From: Octopus vulgaris | Taxonomy: Eukaryota | Direction: 5' to 3' | Assembly: GCA_951406725.2 (NCBI GenBank) | Contig: OX597814.1 | Location: forward strand, 34,968,001-35,032,000 | Length of the DNA stretch: 64,000 nucleotides | Shown: one piece after another, positions 55,181-64,000 of the stretch | Layout: the number at the start of each line of letters is the position of its first letter | Numbering within the stretch: position 1 is the stretch's first letter | Made by a program: the position numbers and the translations under genes | Notes under the pieces: generated by a model | What the model was told of the DNA's origin: nothing | Database searches by the model: none | Seen by the model: only the letters and a program-made list of their open reading frames with translations

Positions 55181-56797
55181 TTCTACATACATACATACAT
55201 ACATACATACATACATACATACATACATACATACATACATACGTACGTACATGTGTGTGTGAGTGTGTGTGTATGTGTGTGTGCATGTATGCATATATGT
55301 GTGCGCATTGTCTTGGGTATAACATATAACTGCACCCTGAAGTGCGCCCCTGGCTCGGGAGTACCAGAGGTTTGGGATATGTTGAACCACACCTTACCCA
55401 CTACTGTTTCCAAGTCTATTCCTGTTCATACCAACAACACCTCTTAGGAACTCAGCTGTGGATTATTTAGCACGTAATAAAACTGCCTTCACTTGAAAAT
55501 CCTTCATAGACACCCTAACGGGCGCAGAAAAGCTACTGCCCTTCAACTCTTCAACTGCTCATCTAACAGAATATAACTCCATAGAAATCCTGGATCCTGA
55601 TAACTACTAGGCTCATGGCATTTGTGGCACAAACTCAATACATGTCTGAAGGATGAGAGCGTAGGATTGGATTTGCACATAATAATATAAGCCTCCTGAC
55701 TTGTTGGGAATTTAGTGAACATTTCAAGAAGGATACGTGAGTAAACTCCTCCAGAAAATCCGGAGGTGGTACCGTAAAGTATGGTTATACTTAACCACTA
55801 TCTGGCATCACCTGCGACTCATTAAATGCAGCCAACGTATTGACTTGTCTTTTATTTGTGGCGTATCCATGAGCGGAGAGGTGCTAAATGTACTTGGAGA
55901 CTTCGAGCAAAACACTTGCTTCTGGAAACAACACACGCATAGCAGAGGTGATTAGGTAAGTTATTCTCGCAATAATATTATTGACCAACAATGAAAAAGA
56001 CCAACCATGTACGTGTACGTGTGTGTGTAGTTTTGTATGCAGTTGTATGTGCAGTTTTGTGTGTGTGTGTGTGTGTGTGTTTGTGTTTGTATGTGTGTGT
56101 GAGTGTTGAGGTGTTTGTGGTTTGCGTATGTGTATGTGTGGTTCTGTGTGTGCGTGTCCATGTGTGTGTTTGGAAGTTGTTTAATAAATTGTCTCGATGC
56201 GAGACCGTTCGTTACATCTGAAAGAAATGCTTCGTAGAAGATTCCTTTGTTCCATTTAAGATCGCAAAATATTGTTATTTTCACTTTCCGTGTCCTTTTA
56301 AACAGTAAAGTATGTTATACAGTAGAATTATGTCAGTGACCAGGTGGCAACTAAGAAATAATGAGACGTGGATATAAGAGATTTTGTATGATATTTAATG
56401 GTTGAAATATTTGTTCCCAATCTAACAGTCACACAGACACACACAGACACACGCAGACACACAGACACACACACACACACGCAGACACACAGACACACAC
56501 ACACACATACACAAACATACACATTTACTCGCATATATATATATGTGTGTGTGTGTGTGTGTTTCTGTGTGTGTGCATGTGCTTATTTTCATACATATAT
56601 ACAGTCATATATACAGTCATATATACACAGTCTGTCTTTTTATGCATAAAAATGTATACATGCATATATGTACTGACATATACATATATACAAACATCCA
56701 TTCATACATATATATACACACACTCACACACACATATACATGCATACACATATATTCACACACACACACACACACACATATACATGCATACACATAT

Positions 56798-56837
<40 letters not shown>

Positions 56838-57689
56838 GCACACACTCACACACACACACACACACAAATGCATTAGCGTTATCGATTTTATTCAGATGAA
56901 TCTCCCTCGGTGCTGCTCAGTTCAAAATGTACAATCTATTTCAATGTAAGAGCCATATACTTCTCGCTCAATCCCCGCCTCTCTCTGCTTTCCTTTAACA
57001 TTCACATAAAATACGTGACTAAGCTAATGTACTGTACATGACAGTCAACACGAATTTTCACATTCTTGTATTTGCTTTTATCATTTACACATTCCACTAT
57101 AGTTAATTAGAAACGAACCTACGCGATCAGAGTTACCCTAATGTCAATCACTTGAAACCTGTCGATATACAGCCATTTCATATTTAATTATCACCTCGAA
57201 TATTAATATTCCTGTTACGTAATAGGCTTTATGAAATCATGTTTACTTTCTGTAACTAAACTGTAAGTATACATTTCCGCTAACCCACGGTACTGTATTA
57301 TTACAAGAAATACAAAAGCAGAGAATTGTATAATCGATAGAGCATGGTTTACTGTTACTCTGTTTAATCAGGTCTCTTTATAAGCCGAGTCCAAATGCCG
57401 TCGGGGTTCGCTGTATATTTTATTCTTCCGCATGTCAATAAAATAGTTAACCGTCAAGTACCGGAGACAATTTAATCAACTGTGTCGCATGGCATTGTTA
57501 ATGGTCTTTTGCCAATCGCTACTTCACTTCTTATTTACTTATCCTTCTTTCAGTCCATCCGTCCGTCCGTCCGACTTTCCGTCCGTCTGTCCATCAGTCT
57601 GTCTATCTGTTTGTCTGCTTGTCTGTCTGTTTCTGTCTATCTGTCTGTCTGTCTCTCGCTTTCTCTTTTTCTCTGTACATTTATATAAA

Positions 57690-57992
57690 ACGTCGCCCTT
57701 TTCAAGCCTAGCCAGGCTCATGGGCCCGGTTTCCCGGTTTCTATGGCGTATGTGTTCCTCCCAGCTGGATGGGACACCAGTCCATCACAGCATTACTCAA
57801 GAAACAGGAAGAGAGAGTGAAAGAAAGTTGTGGCGAAAGAGTACAACAGGGGTCGCCACCACCCCCTGCCGGAGCTTCGTGGAGCTTTTAAGCGTTTTCG
57901 CTCAATAAACACACACAACGCCAGGTCTGGGAATCGAAACCGCGATCCTCCGACCGCAAGTTCGCTGCCCTAACCACTGGGCCATTGCGCCT

Positions 57993-57996
<4 letters not shown>
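57690..57996 (-). mobile_element. tRNA-derived SINE
   Basis: Head nearly identical to 28020-28209; 3' module gaaaccgggaaaccgggcccatgagcc. Confidence 0.9.
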
Positions 57997-58033
<37 letters not shown>

Positions 58034-58049
58034 TATATATATACATATC

Positions 58050-59035
58050 CTTTAGTATTTTATTACCGTCATTAGACTGCCGTCATGTCATACTGGGGCA
58101 GCACCTTGAACATTTTTAATCGAACGAATCGACCCCCAGTACTTATTTTTCTTTTAAGCCTGGTGCTTTTTCCATCTGTCTTTTTAGCCGAAACGCTAAG
58201 GTTACGGGGATGTAAACATACCAGCGCCGGTTGTCAAGTGTTTGGTGGGCGACAAACACAGGTATACACACATGTACACACACGCGCACACATATATGGA
58301 CACACATAAACATATGGCTTAGTAGTTAGCGTATTCAGCTTACGATCGTAATGTCGTGAGTTCGAATACCGGCATCATGTTCTGTTCTTGTGCAAAATAC
58401 ACTTCTTTATTTCACGTTGTTCCAGTCCATTCAAAAGGACTAACCTTGACACATCTGTGTCACGTTGAATCAACCTGAGAATTACATTAAGTGTATGCGT
58501 GTCGCTGGAGTGTTCAGGCACTCGCACCCAAATTTTACGCACAGGGTATTTCGCTGATCGATTCAACTGGAACAATGGTCGTCATAACCGACGGAGAGCC
58601 TGGCCTACACATACATAAACACACACACATACATACAAATGCATGCATGTACTTACGTATATACTCACATCTTCATACACATAGATAATATTCATTTATA
58701 CATATCTACATGGCTGTCTGTATATCAATCTATGTATGTATCTATCTATCTGTCTACCTGTCTCACTGTCTGTCTGTCTGTCTGTCTATCAATATATATA
58801 TGTATGCATATATATGTGTGTGTGTGCATGTATGTGTGTCTGTGTTTGTCCTCCCACCATTGCTTGACAACCAATGTTGGTGTGTTCACGTCCTTGTAAC
58901 TTTCGACAAAAGAGACCAATAGAAAAAGTACTAGGCTTACAAAAAATAAGTCTTGGGATCGATGTGTTCGACTAAAGGCGGTGCTCCAGTATGGCCACAG
59001 TCAAATGACTGAAACAAATAAAAGAAAAGAAAAAA
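58050..59035. mobile_element. Cluster of three diverged SINEs
   Basis: Minus 3' half at ~58050-58260 and plus 3' half at ~58835-59035 (19575 family); plus copy at ~58315-58600 with B box gagttcgaatacc. Confidence 0.75.
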
Positions 59036-60299
59036 GAATGTAGAAATAAATAGAATTGTTTTAATCAGCCGAACACATTAATATAATTTTACTCAAATTC
59101 TCTAATCGTGCAAGAAGAGGGAGAAATTAAGTACACGTATGAATATCAAAATAATTCTATGTAATCTTCCCTTTCTAATTGGTATATATATACACAGTTT
59201 ATCTATTCTGGTTATAATATCATTTCTATTAATCTCAAATTTTATCTTCATGTTTATATACAATCATCCATTGTACACCATAATAATTTCTTCTGTATTA
59301 ACATCATAGGTTTTATTAGCGTCTTGCCCCTTTAACTTTGTAATTAACATCTTGATTTAGGGTCTTCCCCTACTCAGCCTCCTTTATAGACGATTACTTA
59401 TTTACTTTCTAAAATCCTAACAATATTTATGACCATACCCAGCTATAAACTATCAACTCACTCTATCTATCCATTCTAGCCTTAGATTTAGTAGTTGATA
59501 AAAAGACTAATAAATCAAGAGTGAACCACAATCATTTACAAGCTATGACCCTAACAGACTTCATACAGTTCTTAGAAGTGTAGTATTTTCTGAGTTGCAT
59601 TAGTAGCAACATGGACTTTCTCCCTCTTCTTGCTCTATTAGAGAATTTGAGTAAAATTATAATGATATGTCCAACTGACTAAAAAAATTCTATTTATTTA
59701 TGCAGCTGAGGATATCCCTGCGTTTAAATTAATGTAATGATAGCACTGTTCAATTAAATGGAGCCGTTTGAAACGGTCGTACTGCACCACCTCTTGATAT
59801 CCTGTTGCTTATTTTATAACTTCCATGGCTCTCAAGGAAGAGGTTGACTGTTACAGTTCGGTACCTTCAGTTGTATTGTAACCTCCCACGATTCAGATGA
59901 GACAAACGTACAACGACTTTTTCATGTTAAAAAAGACAGGAATACGCGTTTCCTAGATTCATTTCATCACACAAAGCCCTACAGCAATAATGTGATGTTA
60001 ACAGGAAGGGGATTATAACAACTGGAGTCATGTATCATGAAATATATCGGGGCTGGATGCTGTTTGATAATTGAAATTACTTTGAACCGAAGCGAAAGTG
60101 TAGGATCTGTTCTTCTCATCCAGTATTAGGAAAATCATAAAAAAGATTTACAACTAGATTCCTTTACCCAGTAAGGTTACATCTTAGTGCGTGGAAGAAA
60201 AACATATAACATTTAATCTTCGAACTTTCGGTATTGAACATAGTGAGACAAAGCTAGCTGATGAAAGACAGCTGACGGAACATAGCGGTTAAACCGTAC

Positions 60300-60600
60300 C
60301 TTGGGAGGAAACATTACCAGAAAAGTGGCAGATACTTTCTTTACATCCTGCAATGACCTGGTCGACACATTGCACAAATTAGTTAACGGCATAAATGAAA
60401 AATTGATGGTTGTCCACTTAAAGCTTGCTAGCTCTAAGAGATGCATAACAATCACCATTATATACGCGCACACATCTGATGCAAACACGGCAGTTAACAA
60501 AGAATTTTCGGTCAATTTATTGTTTCTTATCCTGAATAACAAAATATGACAAAATCATTTTGATGGGCAACTTCAGTAACAGATATGTCAGATTTGAACC
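60300..60600 (+). pseudogene. Apurinic-type endonuclease remnant of an RTE-like LINE
   Basis: INEKLMVVHLKL..ITIIYAHTSDA..KEF followed by LMGNFS (compare RLM..YAPT..GDFN). Confidence 0.55.
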
Positions 60601-62141
60601 TTTCAAATGGCACAGCTAGAAAAGATGAAATAGGAAAGGTTGACTGAGCTACAGGTCTAATTATAACTAAATATGAGGGGAACAGTTTAATACACTATTC
60701 CGGCAATGATATAGATTTAAAGGTTTCTGTCAGTGCCCACAATCTAAGCCTTGACATATAAACTTGATTTGCGATGGCAAAGCTGTACACCGGACCTAAG
60801 ATTCGTCATGAGAGGAGCTGACGATTTCTAAAGTGACCACCGTTACATCATGTAACAAAATAATTTATCTCCTTCCAAAGTGATGTCGCCAGCAGAAACG
60901 ATACCATCCGAAAACTAAGAAAGAAAAAGAGAGCGAGAAGGCTTAACCCGACTAGAATTGTACTGTTTCGGCCGCATAGAGTAGACTTACGAGAAATGAA
61001 ACACTTTGACAAGGACACAACTCGTCACCCGAACCAGGAATCGAATCCATGACCTTATGATAGTAAGTTCAACATCCTAACCACTAGGCTGTGCAATTTC
61101 CTTACCTATGTATCTACATACAAATTTCCTAAATAATCACATCATAAAAATGTAGCAGGCATAATTATACCTCTCTCTTTCGTCACTAACTTCCTCTATT
61201 TTGAATCGAAATTGAAAAGATGACCAAAATTTAAAGAAAGGCAAACTTGAATTACTTTATCAGTCTCTGGAGATTCTTGGTAATTAAAGTATAATAAGAT
61301 ATTGAAAACAAACTCCGAGACATATTCAGGTGTGAACGTTGTGAAAAGAGATATAAAAACACAAGTATAAAAACGTACTGCACAAGAATCGTAAACTAGC
61401 ACAACAGGATCTGAAAAAAGAAAGCAAAAATCATAAAAGTGTTATATGTGTAAGATAAGAGTAATCTGTTTGCTACTGTAAACAAAATACGAGTACGTTA
61501 CAAAAGCCAACAATATAATTTATGATAACAGCAAAGTTGGCAGACAACAATGCATAACTAAGAATAAAACTTAATAAATTAATTAATGTGGCTAAAGCAC
61601 GAATACAATTTATGTCTGAATTATACTGAGCAGGAGAGTTTATCCGAGTAAGCACATGCGTACACACATGTACATTCTTGTCCAGAAACAAGCATACACA
61701 GAAACGTACATACATACATGCGTGCGTTCGTACGGTGTGTGTGTGCGTGTGTGAGCGAGTGAGTGAGTATATGTGCTTATAGGATTTTCCTATTAACTCC
61801 ATTATCAACCTCAGTCCTCTCAAAATCAAGCTAAAATTCTCCTTCGTCAGCATAAATTTTATTGTCTTCAGTTTCGAATACTCAGTTGTCTGTCGATTTT
61901 ATCAGCGTCAATTTTAATGCTGTCGCTGTAGGCTGGAGCGATTTCTTTCTATGAAGAGGCATCTATCAGTGATTATTTGTTGCAGATTATGTAAATATTA
62001 ACATGTTTTTTTTTAAGATTTCATTTTTTGCTTAATATGTATTTTCATACCTTAAATTACCGTAAATGTAGACACATTAGTACATTAAATTAGCGTAAAA
62101 CTCTATACTCTACTGAACATCACATGTACATAAAATAACTT

Positions 62142-62420
62142 GAACATGACAAAGACAACATGAATAACATCTATTTGATTATTCCCATTTCTTAATTCTC
62201 TTAACATATTCCTAAAAATCCAGCACAGTTATCTACTTTAGTCAAAGTCAGCCCAGTGTCGATCAATATACATATTTATGTGCGCAAATACATCTGTTAA
62301 TCGACACCGAGCTGACTTGGATTACTGATTTGATTATGCAGGATATTTTAGGAATGTGTAAAAGGAATTAATGGATAAAATGTTAAAATAATGTTATTTA
62401 ATTTTGTCTTTGTTGTGTTC
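62142..62420. mobile_element. Old palindromic MITE-like element
   Basis: gaacatgacaaagac..cctaaaaatcc..aagtcagcccagtgtcgat / atcgacaccgagctgactt..ggatatttttagg..gtctttgttgtgttc. Confidence 0.75.
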
Positions 62421-62426
62421 TCTACT

Positions 62427-63204
62427 TACAGGGGTTGGACAAAATAATAGAAACACCTTAACATTTTAAACAAATTTATTTTAACATAGGGTAGGACTGC
62501 CTTTGGCAGTAATTACAACTTGAATTCTACAAGGTATGGACTCATACAAAGGTTGAATTGTTTCCAGAGGAATTTTTGTCCATTCTTTTGCTAAAACATC
62601 TCCGCTTCCTCTAGTGATGATAGTGGAAGATATCGACTCCTTACTTATCTTTCTAAAATGCACCATAAATGTTCAATAATATTGAGATCTGGGGACTGTG
62701 GTGGCCAGATAAGATGTTCAACTTCACTAGAATCTTCCTTGTGGCATTCAGTAACAACTTTAGCTGTGTGAATTGGTACATTATCATCCTGAAAGATTGC
62801 GGCTTTCCCCGGGAACAGTTCTCTAACCATAGAATGAATTTGATCAGATAAAATGCTTAAATAGCCTTGACAATTAATTCTGTCATGAAGGGAAACCATT
62901 GGGTTAGCAGATTTCCTAGATATAGCCCCTAAATCACTACAGATGTTTACGTTACACTAGCGCTTGCCATACGAGCACCAACAATTTGACCTCTTTTAAA
63001 GTCCGATAGATCTGTCATTTTGATGAATTTTAATTACATTTTTCTGGTGATATCTGAAAAGAAACAGCAATTTTAGCAAAACGTATTAAGCAACACTAAT
63101 AATAAAATAAAAAAACACACAAAAATAAACAAGCTTTTGACCGTTTTATAGATATTTCAAAATTATGATGCTAGGTGTTTCCATTATTTTGTCCAACCCC
63201 TGTA
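62427..63204 (-). mobile_element. Internally deleted Tc1-like transposon
   Basis: TIRs tacaggggttggacaaaataatagaaacacct / aggtgtttccattattttgtccaacccctgta; MTDLSDFKRGQIVGARMA joined to IFQDDNVPIH..WPPQSPDLNIIEHLW. Confidence 0.93.
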
Positions 63205-63291
63205 TATGCTATAGTAAGTAGTTTTATGTATATTTAATGTATGTATATTTACAGTAGCGTAAAGTGTGACAATATCATAGAAATCTTGTTT

Positions 63292-64000
63292 AACAGGCTG
63301 CCGACTGGTTGACTAGTTTGCAGAGCAACTCAGAGACATCCAACTTGGCAACGGGTTGCCACCCTCTCAACATCTTCGCTCCACTGATCATCCTATCCAT
63401 ACCTCCTAAATTCTTTAAACTTTTTCTCCCATCACATTCAATCAATATACACTATGCCCTTTGCCTCTATCTCGCATTTTTCACGCCTCTCCAATGCATC
63501 CCATTCACACTAACATTTTCCTCGCATGACCCTCATATCAACCCGCATTTCCTCAACACACTAACACGGTTTTCAAATAAACACACCTCATAACTCACCC
63601 CTCTGCCACACCTGCACAACTTCTAATCTTTTCTACCATCTCGTCTCCTTGGCAGACCCGCATACACAAGCAGATTCACACACACGTACACATATCGACA
63701 TATTCACATATGCACACCCTCAAATATCCATTCTCCTCACGTATACATACACGCGCGGGCCCACACATCACAATTCACTCACCATTTTGTTTCCCAATTA
63801 TTTTTGTTTTCGTTTTTTCCACCCGTACAAACACTCACATGTTTTCTCACTCATTTATAGTATTGTTTCTTAACCCGCCATTCCCACTTTGTATGAAAAC
63901 TCGCCTACACACTTTCCTTACCACCAACTCTTTAGCTCCCCATCATATATAGGCACACCCACAAGCACATACATACTCACACGCACGCACCTACACTTTC
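63292..64000 (+). pseudogene. Older 5'-truncated relative of the main PLE (GIY-YIG end plus C-rich tail)
   Basis: TGCRLVD*FAEQLRDIQLGNGLPPSQHLRSTDH aligns with TGRRLADRFAEHLRDIHLANDTPVSRHFRSTGH. Confidence 0.8.

Overview
AT-rich eukaryotic intergenic or intronic DNA, dense in microsatellites. The repeat repertoire (tRNA-headed and Nin-domain SINEs, RTE, R4/Dong and L1-like LINE ends, Tc1/mariner, Penelope-like elements) suggests an octopus-type cephalopod genome; this is an inference. No host gene is convincingly identifiable, and most ORFs in the track are translated microsatellites. The dominant feature is a young, apparently intact ~5.2-kb Penelope-like retroelement (41627-46837). It has a 1079-aa RT + GIY-YIG ORF and two near-identical ~630-bp direct repeats, each carrying a minimal hammerhead-ribozyme-like motif. 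Its 5' junction is a near-perfect inverted copy of host flank folded back at a (TA)n tract. Elsewhere are further hammerhead-bearing and fold-back derivatives, several decayed PLE copies, modular SINEs with clear TSDs, and nested palindromes. Coordinates were read by eye and may be off by a few bases.
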